Assembly (NCBI RefSeq): GCF_009914755.1
Contig: NC_060925.1
From: the human T2T-CHM13v2.0 reference genome, Homo sapiens
Strand: one strand, 5' to 3'
Length of the DNA stretch: 64,000 nt
Made by a program: the position numbers and the translations under genes. Under the pieces are notes generated by a model. That model was not told the DNA's origin, did no database searches, and saw only the letters and a list, made by a program, of their open reading frames with translations. Positions 26,651 through 59,896 of the stretch are shown piece after piece; position 1 is the first letter of the stretch; the number at the start of each line of letters is the position of its first letter.

Positions 26651-27211
26651 TGACAGAGGAGGAGTACCATCATCTTGGACAAACGCTGCCCCTTTAAGTT
26701 CCAACTCCCTTTCTAGCCTCATGCATTTCAAGGAAATCACTTCTCTTCTAACTACAAGCAGCCAGAAAGAGCAGACAGTAAACCACAGATAAAACAGCTT
26801 GGGCACAGAGGCAGGTGGGGGAAAAGTCTCTTGGGTAACTGCCAAACTTCACCCTCACACAATGGGCCCCAGTAAAACAGTGGGCCTTAATAAGCACATT
26901 CCTTTCCCTTCAGGTGCACTAAGGGAAGCTAAAAGCAGACTCAGGGGATATGTCTGCAGCTGCAGAAAGATGTATGGAAACAAGACACACAACTCTCCCT
27001 CCCAGATAAGAACAAAGAGATACAGAAGCAGTCCAAGCCTCTGATAAACTCTCCTACCCCGAATCCTTAAAAACTCACAGTCTGTAAAAGAGTGTGTCTC
27101 TGACCTAACTCGGCCAGAAGGCGCCTCTCAGGTTTGTTTTCTCTAAAATAAATCTGTCTTGACTGGAAAGCCACCTTTTTGTGTTTCTTTCCTCTTTCTT
27201 TAATTCTTACA
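26651..27211 (+). mobile_element. Solo LTR19-family (ERV1) LTR inserted in an older MLT1 LTR
   Basis: TGACAGAG(G)AGGAG...CATCTTGGACAAAC start, AATAAA near 27147, ...TTTAATTCTTACA end; 561 bp, TG...CA termini. Confidence 0.7.
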
Positions 27212-27649
27212 GCTACCTGGATGACAACATGGACCACAGCCACCAGCAGACCTGGAACGTTAGCCCTTAGACAATGATAGAAGGCAAAAGTAAACTTCTA
27301 ACTTGTTCCAGCCAGTAAATGATTGTTCATTTTCTTTGTTACAGCAGCCCAACCTTACACTGGGTGACAAACCTTATGGAGTTCCCACACCCAAGATAGT
27401 CCAGGAGAAGAAGAGAAGGAACAGTTGAAGAGTATGACTCTTGCTTAAGGGTGGCAAAGGGAGCAGCAAAACATTTTCCCCAATGGCCTTGAGCAGAATA
27501 GGTGTGGCATATATTGCTGACAGATATGAAGAGGTCTTGAGGTCCAGATGAGGCAGACACAACAGCAAACCACATGGACAGATGACCTTACACAAGATGG
27601 GAAGGAGGATGTCGGTGTGGACACGTGATAAAAACTAGATACTCCTGGG

Positions 27650-37930
<10,281 letters not shown>

Positions 37931-38869
37931 TCATGTACTGGTTTTGATTCTCACAATGACCTCATTGTACAATTGAGAAAAACGAGGCCGTGAGAAGTTC
38001 AGTGATAGATCCAAGGTCATGTAGTTAGTTGTGGAACAGTGATTTGGAAACTTTGCTTTCTGATCCTAATGATTAATGCACATCTTTGGGGGATCCTACA
38101 AGGAAGCAGCCAGATTTGGGTTCAGAGAGAGTAAATTTTTTTTGTTGAGGCAGGGAAATAGAAGCCATTAAGTCAGTTTTTAATTGTAAAAAGCGCACGT
38201 TGAGGTAAAACTGCAATTAGTCCTGTACGGGTGGTTGGCAGAGCCAAGAGTAACCTATGCCCAAGAGCAGCTACAAGGCAGGACTTGGATAGGTCAGCAG
38301 TGCAGGAAGCTTTGCCAACACCTCAAGAACAAGAAGTCTGTCATTCCTTGGGCAGCTCCTATACATGCCAAGCTGGAGCCAAAGAGAGGCAGGGGAGCCC
38401 GGAGGGCGTGGCTTGCCTTCCGGAAGTCAGGCCTCGTCAGGAATCACCAGGTGGTTGCTTGCGAGAGAAGCTGGGGGTGAAACCGGAGAAAACAAAGTAG
38501 GAAGCAGGTCTGGGCCAATTGCAGCCCACTCTGATGGGGGCCTGCAGGCCACCGGACGCCTGAATATCTGTCCAATCCCTCCTGGAAGGACTGCCATCTC
38601 TTTAGTCCCTCTTCCGCAGCATAGGGGTGCTCTCTCTGGGGCTCTCCTTTTCTCTCCTAAGGCCCACAGCCCCACAGTTCCCTATTTAGGTGTCTTAAAT
38701 TGAGGACACACTTCTAAATTGTCCCTCAGAGTCTCGTCTCCTCCTTTGAGCGAGGCTGGGCGGGCTCCTCCTGCTCCGATTATGAGGAACTTCTTTCCCA
38801 AGCTCCCCACCTTCTTTGGGCTTGGACGGCTGCAGAGTTCCAGTTAACTGTGCGCCGCCTTCGTTCCAA

Positions 38870-39879
<1,010 letters not shown>

Positions 39880-39900
<21 letters not shown>

Positions 39901-39985
39901 ATCGGAGGTAGCAAGGCTTGATTTTTTTTTTTTTTTTAAGCATCTCACTTTTCGGCCAGTCTCAGAATCGGAGGCAGCAAGGCTT
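39880..39985. repeat. 40-bp imperfect direct repeat in FAM76A intron 1
   Basis: CACTTTTCG(A/G)CCAGT(T/C)TCAGAATCGGAGG(T/C)AGCAAGGCTT at 39880-39919 and 39946-39985. Confidence 0.9.
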
Positions 39986-40740
39986 TATGTTTTAAAAAAG
40001 CCCCACAGTCAGGCTCACAGATCCGAGGGATCACTTCTCAGCATCCAGTTGGTGGTCTTCGGTCTTCCCTGACTAGCTGCTGATCAGTTTTTGCTCCTGA
40101 AGGTCCAACTTCTCTTTTTCTTTTAAGTTGCTTTATCCCACTTTTACTTTTTAAGTGACTAGAGGTGCTGTGAGGCAACAGTTAAAAAGTCACCAAACTG
40201 GCTGAAGAATAATGTTGAGGTTATCCAATAATCCAGTTTGTGTCTCTGATTTGGATAACTCATAATTGTCACTTTTGCCTCAGATGGTCATGACTTTCCA
40301 TTTGCCAGTTTTTATATACCAGGTCTGGGGGAATGCAAGTGCTTGAGTGCCCTTTTTGGCCTCAAAATATGTATATATGATTTTAAGGAAGTTATGTATA
40401 TATAAATAATAATTTTAATCCAGCACTTTCATTTCACAAGTAAACCGCAAAATCACACAGTGGCAGAAGAACCAGGCCTGGAATTCAGGGCTTCTGATTC
40501 CCAGTCTGGGACTTGTTCATATATATGTTTGTTTTACAATTTATGGCTAGTTCCATATAATCCATATAAGTTCTTACTTAACTCCCACATCAACAGTAGG
40601 GAAGTGATGCCAGTATTACAGAGGAGAAAAATAAGGCCCAGAAAGTTTAAGTGACTCACTCAAGCATAGTAGCTATGCTAGAAATAGTACCCAGGTCGGC
40701 TTCCTACTGAAGGCTGTTTCCATTTGTGACTGCCTTTTAA

Positions 40741-40830
<90 letters not shown>

Positions 40831-41084
40831 TAGAGTTTTGTTGACCATGAAAGATATTAATAGGCTTTTTTCCTCTTAAAATCTGTAATTGATTGCATTT
40901 CATGTACAGATGCTATAATCAGTTGCATTGTAAAATACAGATCTGTAATCAATCACATTATATACAGACTATAATTGCTAAATATTTAGGTCTATGATCC
41001 ATCTTGAGTTAATTCATGTGTGGGGTGAGATATACAATGAAGGGTATATAATACATGTATTGTTTCCTAGTTATTATCCATTGA

Positions 41085-41231
<147 letters not shown>

Positions 41232-41546
41232 TGAGATTACAGGTGCCTGCCACCATGTCCGGCTAGTTTTTTTGTATTTTTAGTAGACGGGGTTTCACCA
41301 TCTTGGCCAGGTTGGTCTTGAACTCCTGACCTCGTGATCCACCCGCCTCAGCCTCACAAAGTGCTGGGATTACAGGCGTGAGCCACCACGCCCAGCCTGC
41401 TTAAATTTTTAAAGTTCTTTTTAAGACCCTTGATCATTTTATATTGTGATTATAATCTTTTTGTCAAGAAGAAACCAATCCCACAACAGTAAAACATGAG
41501 CCTCATGTTTCAATATGTACATACACAGAGATTGAAGAATTTATAA

Positions 41547-41825
<279 letters not shown>

Positions 41826-41958
41826 TAGAGATAAGATTTTGCCATGTTACCCAGGCTGGTCTCTTACTCATGGGCCCAAGTGATTCCTTCCTCGTTAGCC
41901 TCTCAAGATGTTGGAATTACAGGCGTGAGCCACCACGCCTGGGCAAATCTCATTTTTA

Positions 41959-42408
<450 letters not shown>

Positions 42409-42437
42409 CTATTTGTTAATTCATCCATTAGACCTAG

Positions 42438-42719
<282 letters not shown>

Positions 42720-43451
42720 TAGAACTCTTGAGCTCAACCAGTCTGCCTGCCTCGGCCTCCCAAAGTGCTGGAATTACAGGCGTGACCGACCACACCCAGC
42801 CTATCATGGATGTTTTCAAACAAAAAAAAAAGGTTAAAAGAATTAGTGAACACCCATATGCCCTCTACTTAAATTCTATCATATACACTTTACTATATAT
42901 TCACCTATCCATCTGTTCATCTCTCTCTCCATCACTATATCAATTCATTTTATTTCTGATGTATTTAAAGTTGCAGACATCAGTATACATGACCCTTAAA
43001 CACTTCAGCATGCACAGCATTATTTAGAGTTAAATATTTGTTTGCAGCTCTTTTTGTGTGTGTGTGGCAAAATTGGCTTACACTAACATGCTTGAATCTT
43101 AAATGCATCAAGTTTTACAAACATAGACATCTGTGTAGCCCCAAACCCTATCAAAATACAGAATGTTACTGTCACCCCATAGAGTCCTCTCATGCCCCAT
43201 CCTAGACAATCCCCACACCCTTGCTTCCTCCAGGCAACCCCTGTTCTACTTTTCATTTCCACCATAAATTAGTTTTGCCTATTCTGGGACTTCATGTTAG
43301 TGGAATCATACTCTAGAAGCTTTATATGTTAGCTCTTAAATTTAGGTCTATGGTCCATCTTGAGTTAATTCATATGTGGGGTGAGATAGGAACTATGACC
43401 CTTTATTTACACTATACATACAAATTAATTCAAGATGGATCATAGAGTTAG

Positions 43452-43805
<354 letters not shown>

Positions 43806-44472
43806 TAACATGTTAGGAACATATGTATATATTGACATCTACCCCATTCCTTCAGTAGTAAATCTAGGCGTAAATCAAAATGCTATTCTACATCACAGAA
43901 TCATTGATGGTAATCCTCTTTCTAGAGATTTCTTTGAATGTCCTTCACTTATTTTACTGTCTTTTAAAAGTAACAGAAAATTGCCCTGAAAAATAATTTA
44001 TAATTTAAATATTTTCTACTCTGAGGTTTTTCTTTTGTCTATTTTAACTTTATAGTCACTTTCACAGGAATTATATGGGAAAATGATCACAAAGCAGAGA
44101 ATAGACTAGTTTTTTGTGTGTGTGTGTGACAGGGTCTCACTCTGTCACTCAGGCTGGAGTGCGGTGGCACAATTGTAGCCCACTGAAACCTTGAACTCCC
44201 AGGCTGAGCCTCCTAAAGTGCTGGGATTACAGGCATGAGCCACTGTGCCTGGCCTTAAGATTTTTATGTGATTTATTAGTTTTTAGCCCCAAAGTACTGT
44301 TTAAATTGTTCTTACACATAAGACATTCATTTTTACCTCCTCATGTGAAGAGTTAGACTTTTATTTGAAGATGATTTTTCCCCCGGGCAGCTTTATTAAT
44401 TCACACATTTAGGTAATAGGACCTCTGGATCTTCACAAGGCAAAGGATGTTTTTATTTTTGTCAGTGCTTAA

Positions 44473-44619
<147 letters not shown>

Positions 44620-45091
44620 TGAGTAGCTGGGATTACAGGCACACACCACCACGCCTGGCTAATTTTTTTGAATTTTTAGTAAAGACATGGTTTCACCATG
44701 TTGGCCAGGCTGGTCTCAAACTCCTGACCTCAGGTGATCTGCCTGCCTTGGCCTCCCAAAGTGCTGGGATTACAGGCATGAGCTACCGTGCCCGGCCTAA
44801 ATATTGACAAAATATTTGATCATAGTGTCTTTTTCCCCACCTCTGGTGTTTTCATATGCCTTTACTTATGAAGGAGAGCACAGAGTAAGGTTAGCAAAGA
44901 TAGAATCTCTGAGTTTATATTCCAGACACACATACTTTATTTGTCACCTCAAATTTCCCAACTATTCATCCGAATTAAGGAGAATTTATTTTTTTTTCCT
45001 GCTAGTCCATTTTAGTATAATATTTTGAGGGTGTTTTCTGTATCTGATAATTTTATTTAGTGATACTTGGGGATGTCATAATCAGAAATAA

Positions 45092-45423
<332 letters not shown>

Positions 45424-45894
45424 TAAAAGAGTTATTAGAGGCTAGGTGTAGTGTCTCACATCTGTAATCCCATCAGTTTGGGAGGCCAAGGCAGATGGAT
45501 CGCTTGAGGTCAGGAGTTTGAGACCAGCCTGGCCAACATGGCGAAACCTTGTCTCTATCAAAAATATAAAAATTAGTTGGGTGTGGTGGTGCGCGCCTAT
45601 GATTCCAGCTACTTGGGAGGCTGAGGCATGAGAATCGCTTGAACTTGGGAGGCAGAGGTTATAGTGAGCAGATTGCACCACTGCACTCCAGCCTGGGGAA
45701 CAGAGTGAGACTCTGTCTCAAAAATATTGAATAAAAATAAAAGAGTTATTAGAAAGGTACTCAAGCTAGTGTTAACCAAGCATCCAGACCATATCTCACT
45801 TTGGCCCTTAGCAATGAGCAAATTCCTTGGGCTTAAGGAGGTATCAGTTTTCAGATATTCTAAGAAAAGCCTGTGTCTCTTTCTTCCTTAACAG

Positions 45895-45949
45895 TAAAAC
45901 CAATACAATATGCAAGAAATGTGCTCAGAACGTGCAGTTGTATGGAACG
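45895..45949 (+). CDS. FAM76A: FAM76A exon 3 ((S)KTNTICKKCAQNVQLYGT)
   Basis: Pyrimidine tract plus aacag|T, donor ACG|GTAAGT; 55 nt, phase 2 to 0. Confidence 0.95.
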
Positions 45950-46249
45950 GTAAGTAGGATATTTTCAAACCTAACAGTGAGTACTAGGGTCTTGTGGAAC
46001 CTTACCTTCTGTGGCCTACTAATGCCATTACAATATTTTTATTAGAATAAATGGTTATGTGTAATATATCTGATACTGATTTCAGCTTTCACATTTAGCT
46101 AATGCTTATTGTTAAGGAACTCTGTGTTTATGGTCACACTGCCAGGATTATGATTATAATTTTCATTGAGAGGCTTCAGTGACCAGTATGGAAAGAGAAA
46201 GGGAAAGATGAAATTTTTTGTTTTTGTTTTTGTTTTTTTTTTTTTGTGA

Positions 46250-46402
<153 letters not shown>

Positions 46403-46856
46403 TAGTAGAGATGGGGTTTCACCATGTTGGTCAGGCTGGTCTCGGACTCCTGAACTCAAGTGATCTGCCCACCTCAGCCTCCCAAAGTGCTGGGATCACA
46501 GGCGTGAGCCACTGCACCCGGCAAGATGAATTTTTATAACTTTGACCCCTTTGTTTGGTAACAGTTGACTAGTCATTTTGATGAATGATTCTCTTTTTCT
46601 CTTAGTGTTACAGTTCAGGATGTTATGTGCTTGTAAGCATTCTCCCAACATGTTTATGTACTGATAATAGCAAAGAGGCCTTTTCAGAAATTTGGAAGCC
46701 CTTGCTGGTTTCTCCAAAGAGCTGGTTCTGTTGCATGTCTCATAGAAGTCTCTGCATACATACTAATGGGTTTTTGTTATTTGTTTATTTATTTATTTAA
46801 AAATCAATAGTCCTGTGCAGAAAAACACTTCACATAGTATTAAGAATTGGGCTTCA

Positions 46857-46991
<135 letters not shown>

Positions 46992-47229
46992 TTAGCTGGG
47001 CATAGTGGCAGGCACCTGTAATCCCAGCTACTCCGGAGGCTGAGGCAGGAAGAATTGCTTTAACCCGGGAGGTGGAGGTTGCATTGAGCTGAGATTGCGC
47101 CACTGCACTCCAGCCTGGGCAACAGAGCGAGACTCAAAAAACAAAAACAACAACAATAAAAAAGAATTGGGCTTCATTTGGTCAATATAAAAGCAGATTT
47201 ATGAAGTCGGCAATACATTTGTACCATGA

Positions 47230-47493
<264 letters not shown>

Positions 47494-49447
47494 TGATTTC
47501 TTTTTTTCCTTTCAGAGAAATTAAGGTGGACTAACTGTGTTAAAAACACATTTAATAGGCCGGGCGTGGTGGCTCATGCCTGTAATCCCAGCACTTTGGG
47601 AGGCCGAGGCTAGTGGATCATGAGGTCAGGAGATCAAGACTATCGTGGCTAACATGGTGAAACCGCGTCTCTACTAAAAATACAAAAAATTAGCCAGGCG
47701 TGGTGGCATGCGCCTGTAGTCCCAGCTACTCAGGAGGCTGGGGCAGAAGAATCACTTGAACCCGGGAGGCAGAGGTTGCAGTGAGCTGAGATCATGCCAC
47801 TGCACTCCAGCCTGAGTGACAGAGCAAGACTCTATCTCAAAACAAAAAAACAAAAAAACACACATTTAACAAAGAAAGATTTCTCAGTTTCTTTCCTGGT
47901 TCTATTATTGACCTTAAAGAAGATATTCATATTTTGTTTTCTTCATTCATAAAATGTGGACCATTATATTCTAACATTTCACGAGAATTGAATTACAGTG
48001 ATCACGTAAGTGAAATGGTGATTGGCAGAATTCTATGGAATTCTGTAAAGGAGAGATTGTAACTTAAGCAAGATGGAGTGGCATTACCAGTTTTACTATC
48101 TGGCTCTTTAAATGTTTCTATCTGTTGGCTCTTTAAATGTTTTTATCTGTTGAAATTCAAGATTACAAGATTACATTAGAGGGAAGCTCTATGTGGAAGG
48201 GTGTACCTTGAGAGAATCAAAATGATTTAGAGTTTGGTCATATTACTCTCTTGCTTAAAATCCTCCACGGGTTTCCAGTTGTGCTTAGAATAAAACTCAA
48301 ATCCCTTCTATGGCCTGCAAGGCCCATGCGCAGCTCTCAGTCTCATCTTGCATCATACTTTCTACCTCTCACCTTGCTCCAGCCATCCTGGCCACCCTGT
48401 AGTCTGTCTGACATGCGGATCTCACTCCGACCTTTGCACTGTCTGTCCTTGTGCCTAATGCATCCTTCTCTAGAGTCTCATAACTGGCTCCTCATGTCAG
48501 GTTTCAGCTCAGGTACCACCTGCTCACAGTGACCTTTTACTGACTCCCTTAGTCATTATTTATCATACCATTTTATTGTCTTCATAGCATCTCACATATC
48601 GAAAACTAGTCTTGCTTATTTGGTTGCATGTTTGTCCACCCCGACTAGAATGTGAGCTCTTTGTCCATCTCGTTCTCTGCTTTATTTCCAGTGGCCTGGC
48701 ACATAGTAGCTGCTCAATAAGTATTTGTTGAATAAAAGATGGCAGTTGAGAAACTCTTTTTCAGTGGCCAGAGGTGCTTTTAAGAGGTGCTTGGGCTCAA
48801 GGGCTGACTCTTGCTTACCAAATTCATTAACTTACAATGGAAGGATATAACTTTCTATTGACCAGGATACTCCTGCCTGCCAACCAGGACATCTCTTCCC
48901 TGTATCAAGATCCTGAAGAATCTGAATTAGTAATCAGGAGGTAGCACAAGCAGCAGTCCCCCAAACCTGGGTCCCATCCGACTCCTGGGGCTAGCTGAAT
49001 GACCCTGGCTACTTACCCGCATTATGCATCACTTTCTTCATCTTTCTCCATGGGAATAACAGTAGTTACTTCACAAACACATGGGGAAATGTAATTCAGA
49101 TAGGTATATAAAACAATATTGAACCTGGCACATAATATAACTGAGTAAATGGCTCCTGTATTATTACTGATAGGAATAGTTCATTTTTACTAATCTGGTT
49201 ATACTAGAATTCATTACCTTTCTGCTTTATAAATTACAATCCTGTCTCAAGTATTTAGATATTTTTAGACATCTACATGTTCATAAACTTTAGGAGAGAG
49301 CTAAATTTAGGGATTAAGAGTAGGGGATCTGGGCCAACCCTGGTGGCTTGTGCCTGTAATCCCAACACTTTGGGAGGCTGAAGTGGATGGATCACGAGGT
49401 CAGGAGTTTGAGACCAGCCTGGCTAACATGATGAAACCCCGTCTCTA

Positions 49448-49606
<159 letters not shown>

Positions 49607-49859
49607 TCATCTCAAAAAAAAGGAAAGCGGGGAGGGTATCTGGACTCAGAATGTGTGGATTGAAATCTTAGTTCTGTCACTTATTAACTGTGTGACTTTG
49701 GGCATGTTAATCTATCAATGCCTCAGTTTCCACATCTGTAAAAGGGGATGATCAGATCTTAGTGCTGTTACAAAGGTCAAGATACTAGTAAAACTCTTAG
49801 AACGGAATCTGGTACATGAAAAATACTCAGTGTTATCTATGATGATTTGTTTTTGATAG

Positions 49860-50580
<721 letters not shown>

Positions 50581-50942
50581 TGAAAAAAATGTCTTGTGGA
50601 TCTATGTGCAATTTTTATATTCATTGTTTGTTCTCTTTTAGTAGAGTTGTATTGTTTTAAACCCTTTAATGAAAGCTCTTACCTGGGGAAGGTCTTACAG
50701 GGTGTTTTAAAATTATGCCTTAAATGCCAGGTGCAGTAGCTCATGCCTGTATTCCCAGCACTTTGGGAGGCTGAAGTGGGCGGATCGCTTGAGGCCAGGA
50801 GTTCAAGACCAGCCTGGGCAACATGGCAAAACCCTGTCACTATTAAAAATACAAAAATCTCGGCCGGGCACGTTGGCTCACGGCTGTAATCCCAGCACTT
50901 TGGGAGGCCAAGGCAGGCAGATCACTTGAGGTCAGGAGATTA

Positions 50943-51337
<395 letters not shown>

Positions 51338-52355
51338 CTATCTATAAAATAAATAAAATTAGGTCTTCAAGCCAGGCCTGATGGCATCCTGTGGTAGTTC
51401 CAGCTACCCTAGAGGCTGAGGTGGGAGGATCACTTGAGCCCAGGAGTTCGAGTCCAGCCTGAGTAACATAGTGAGACTTTGTCTCTAAAAAAATAATAAT
51501 AGGCCAGGCGTAGTGGCTCACGCCTGTAATCCCAGCACTTTAGAAGGCTGAGGAGGGTGGATCACGAGGTCAGGAGTTCGAGATCAGCCTGGCCAACATG
51601 GTGAAACCCCGTCTCTACTAAAAATACAAAAATAAGCCGGGCATGGTGGCATATGCCTGTAATCCCAGCTACTCAGGAGACTGAGGCAGGAGAATAGCTT
51701 GAATCCTGCAGTGAGCCAAGATCACGCCCCTGCACTCCAGCCTGGGTGGCAGAGCAAGACTCTGTCTCAAAAAAAAAATAATAATAATAATATTAATAAT
51801 AATAAACAGACTTTCAGGTCGTATCCCATAACCGTGAAATGAACCAGATTGAAGTTTGGTTTCAAAGTTCATTGTTACGTTTCTTAACAAAAAATTAAAT
51901 GCCTATCATGTACCAGACACTGTTCCAGGTATTAGAAATAAACTAATGAACTGAACAGACAAGACCTTACTCTCACAGAGCTTACATTTATGTGTGTGAA
52001 AGAGAAAAGGGTGAGGAGAAAAATAAATTAACATAAATTTTAGATATTAGTGCTATAAAGAAATAAAGTACATGACAGAGAGTGACTGGGAAGTCAGCCT
52101 ATATTGGGCAATCAGGAGAACCTCTGAGGAAGTAACATTTGAGTGGAAACTAGGATGATGAAAAGGTGGTAGCCATGGGAAGCTCTGGAGGACAAAAATT
52201 CCAGGAAGAAGGACCAGCTGTGGAAAATCCTTAAGGCAGGAATGAGCTTGGCACATGATTAGAACAGAAAGAAGATGGAGTGAACCTGGGGAAAAGGAAG
52301 GAAACAAGGTTATAGAGGCAGGTAAGGGGCTATATTTAAGTCAACATAGGCCATG

Positions 52356-53140
<785 letters not shown>

Positions 53141-53209
53141 TAGGCTATGGTACAGAGTTTGAATTTTAAGCTATGATGAGAAACCATTGGGTTTTAAGGA
53201 GAGAAGATG

Positions 53210-55231
<2,022 letters not shown>

Positions 55232-56089
55232 CTATGGGGAAATAGCTTATTGGAGGTAGGGTGATCATTTGGGCAGCTCTCACAGCAGTGAGAGATGAGT
55301 ATGTCTTTAGTAAAATGGAAGCAGTGGAGTTAGAAAGAAGTGAGTAGATTCAGACTGATGGACTTACTGATGGGTTGGGGGATGGGGAGCAAAGAGGCTT
55401 TTGCCAATGAAATAAAACACTTCAGGTAAATGATGACGTGGCCTACCCATGTTCAAGATGAGGCACAAGATCTAATTTCAGAAATAAGAAATGAAAACTG
55501 TAAAATTCCATAATGTATCAGCATACTCCCTGTCTAACCTGAGAAATTCCAACCAGCCCTGCTGCCCTGTCACCTGTCCTAGTGTGTCCTCCAGTGGTTT
55601 TTCAGTCTGAATGCTGCACAGAGACACCACAGCTTCAGAGGGTGGCAGAAGCCATGTTATGCTTTCCTAGCTTTGGGCCCTGCTCCATGGTGCAGAGTTA
55701 CTTTTGCTCAAAGGAGTCAACTTTTTCTAATTCAAACAGTGCCATGGCAGGCCACCACGAGGGACTGGGCCCTGGAAGCTGTTCACTCATTGTTCTTTCT
55801 CTGGGGACCATCTTTCCATCTGAGAGATGGTATCCAGCATACCACTTTGTGAACCATTTATAAAGTATTAAAACTGAGGTATAGGAGGGTGGGTTTGGGG
55901 AGATGTTGGCCAAAGGATTTCAGTTACATAGGAGGAATAAGTTGAAGAGATCCATTGTACAACATGGTGATTATAGTTAATAAAATTATAGTTGAAATTA
56001 TAGTTGAAAATTGTTAAGAGAGTAGATTTTAAATGTTCTCACCACAAAAAAACAAACAAAAACACAACTGGGCGAGGTGCAGTGGCTCA

Positions 56090-56393
<304 letters not shown>

Positions 56394-56891
56394 TTAATTA
56401 GCTTGATTTAGCCATTCCACAATGTATACATTTTTAAAAAATATCTATTTATTCATTTTTGAGAAAGGGTCTCGCTCTGTCACCAAGACTGTAGTACAGT
56501 GGCATGCTTACAGCTCATGGCAGCCTTGACCTCCCAGGCTCAAGTGATTCTCCCACCTCAGCCTCCCTAGTAGCTGGGACTACAGGCATGCACCACCACA
56601 CCTGGCTAATTTTTGTTGTGTTTCTTTTTGTAGGTGGGTTTTGCCACATTGCCCCGAGTAGTTTCGAACTCTTGGGCTCACGCAGTCCACCTGCCTCAGC
56701 TTCCTGAAGTGTACATATCTCAAAACATGTTTTACACAATAAATATATACAAATTTTGTCATTTTTTAAAAAATGGCCAGGTGCAGTGGCTCACGCCTGT
56801 AAGTTCAGCACTTTGGGAGGCCAAGACAGGAGATCACTTGAGCTCAGGAGTTCAAGACCAGCCTGGGCAACATGGTGAAACCCTGTCTCTA

Positions 56892-57083
<192 letters not shown>

Positions 57084-57418
57084 TTAGGTGAGCATGGTGG
57101 CATGTACCTGTAGTCCTGGCTACTCAGGATGCTGAGGCAGGAGGATTGCTTGAGCCCAGAAGTTTAAGGTTGTAGTGTACTACAATCACACCACTGCATT
57201 CTAGTCTGGGTGAGTGAGATCCTATCACTAAAAAAAAAAAAATCCAAAAAACTGTAAATGTGAATTTTATAATTCATCTTCTGTCTTCTCTTCTCCCTGC
57301 TGAGTTTTCCTTAATGAGAACCGTGGTCTTGTGAGAATTTTACTCGTCTGTGTTTGCTAACTTGAAGAGAAACAAAACAAAAATACATAAAATTAGCAGC
57401 TGAAATTTATTTATTTAA

Positions 57419-57544
<126 letters not shown>

Positions 57545-57804
57545 TGAGTAGCTGGGACTACAGGTGCACGACACTATGCCTGGCTAATTTTTGTATTTTT
57601 AGTAGAGACGGGGTTTCACCACGTTGGCCAGGATGGTCTCAATCTCCTGACCTCGTGATCTACCCACCTTGGCCTCCCAAAGTGCTGGGATTACAGGTAT
57701 GAGCCACCGCGCCCGGCCCGGCAGCTGAAATTTATTAAGCAACTTTTATGTGCCTGGCACTATGTTAAGTGCTTTACCTACATTATGTCACTAGATCCTT
57801 GTAG

Positions 57805-58104
<300 letters not shown>

Positions 58105-59734
58105 TAACCTCAAGACACATGAGATGGGACTAGAAGTGCTGGTAGGTCAGATGTAATGCTCACATAACCATCATGGTACATACTACCATCTCATATACAT
58201 TTTCTATATTCTCTGTAGGTACTAGTCTGTAGGAGGAAGCTCATTTGTCATATTTTATAGTTCATATATCTTCCAAGGACCAGAGAGATTTCCATAAAGT
58301 GTCAGGATTTCCTGACTTTGTATTGTGTCTGAAATGTTTGTGGAACTTCGTTTGTAGTGTTCTCACCCTTAGAGTGGATTCTCTCTCCAGAAAATTGGAC
58401 ATTTCACTTTCTGAGAGATACAGCTTTTTCAATGCATATTTAGCCAGGAGGCTGATAGATGTCCTAGGTTTGTCCTGGTGGCACCTAGTCAAAAAGATGT
58501 CTTTTCATTGTTGTTTTAAGCGTCCTTTCAGAGTATCTAGTATTGTTAACGGTTCTGGCTCTGGATGGAATGCTGGCTCTGCCAGGTTCTCTGCGGGGAT
58601 CTTGGGCAAGTTTTCTCATCTGTAAAATGAGGGAAGTGATAGTATTACCTCAAGGGGTTGTTGTGAAGATAAATTAGATAGTACATGCACAGTGATTGTT
58701 TTTATAACTGGCATATAGAAAATATTCAATACATTTCAGGTTTTTTTGTTTGTTTGTTTTGTTATTACCATTATGACTTTGTTTAATCAGCAAGCATTAA
58801 GTATTCTCACGGGTCAGGGATGCTGGTGGGAATGAAGAGCTGAATACAAGTCATGCTGCTCTCCAAGAGTATGCAGTCTGGTAGGAAAGACAGACTTATA
58901 AACAGATGATCTTAGTATAATGTAACGGGTACCACAGTGGAAACGTGTCAAGAATGCAGACATGAGGGTAGTAATTAACTGCCTTGAGAAGTCAGGCAAG
59001 CAGGCTTGGAGAAGAGCTGGCATTAGAGCTAGATCTTAGGACGAGTTGGAATCCTCAGGGAAGGAATGGGCAGAGGCATTCTAGGCTGAGAGAATAGCAT
59101 TTGCAAAGGCATGGAGGGCATGAGACCAAATGGAACCCTGGAAAATTGTAAGTCCTTTTATATTGCTGGAGCTTTTGGCTGGGAGCTGGGGAATGGAAGG
59201 AAAAAGGGGTCCTGCATCCTGGTAAGGAATGGAAACTTGATCCTGAGGTCAGGGTGTTAGTGGGAAGCTATTGAAGGGATCTATGCAGAGGAGAGACCAA
59301 ATCTTCATTTAAAAAATTAACCCTGACTACTAGTGTGGAAAATGCATTGGAGGAAAAAGGGACTGGGGGCTAATTAAAGGCTTTTTTCTAAGAGTTTGGG
59401 TAAGAGATGTTAAAACAAGAACCTCACCTGAGGCAGTGGCAGTGGAAGATTGAAAAGGTTGATTCAGGAAGATGTTTTGGATGGAGAATTATGAGAAACA
59501 GATAATCTGATGAACAGACACATGGGCAAGAGCTGAGTAAGTAAAGGATAATTCCCGGGTTTCTTATTTGGGTGAATAGATAGAGCCTTAACTGAGAGAG
59601 AATGTAGGAAGGGGAGAAATGGGTCTAGTTTTGGAAAGTTGAGTTTGAAGCATGAAGAATTACTTTTAGGAGCTTAGCCTAGAACTTAGAAGAGAGGTTT
59701 GGACATGGGCCATAGGTAGCACATAAGAATCTAG

Positions 59735-59896
<162 letters not shown>

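Noticed and set aside
48101-48150. 25-bp tandem duplication (TGGCTCTTTAAATGTTT(C/T)TATCTGT x2)
   Set aside because: Real, but consistent with ordinary slippage in deep intron.
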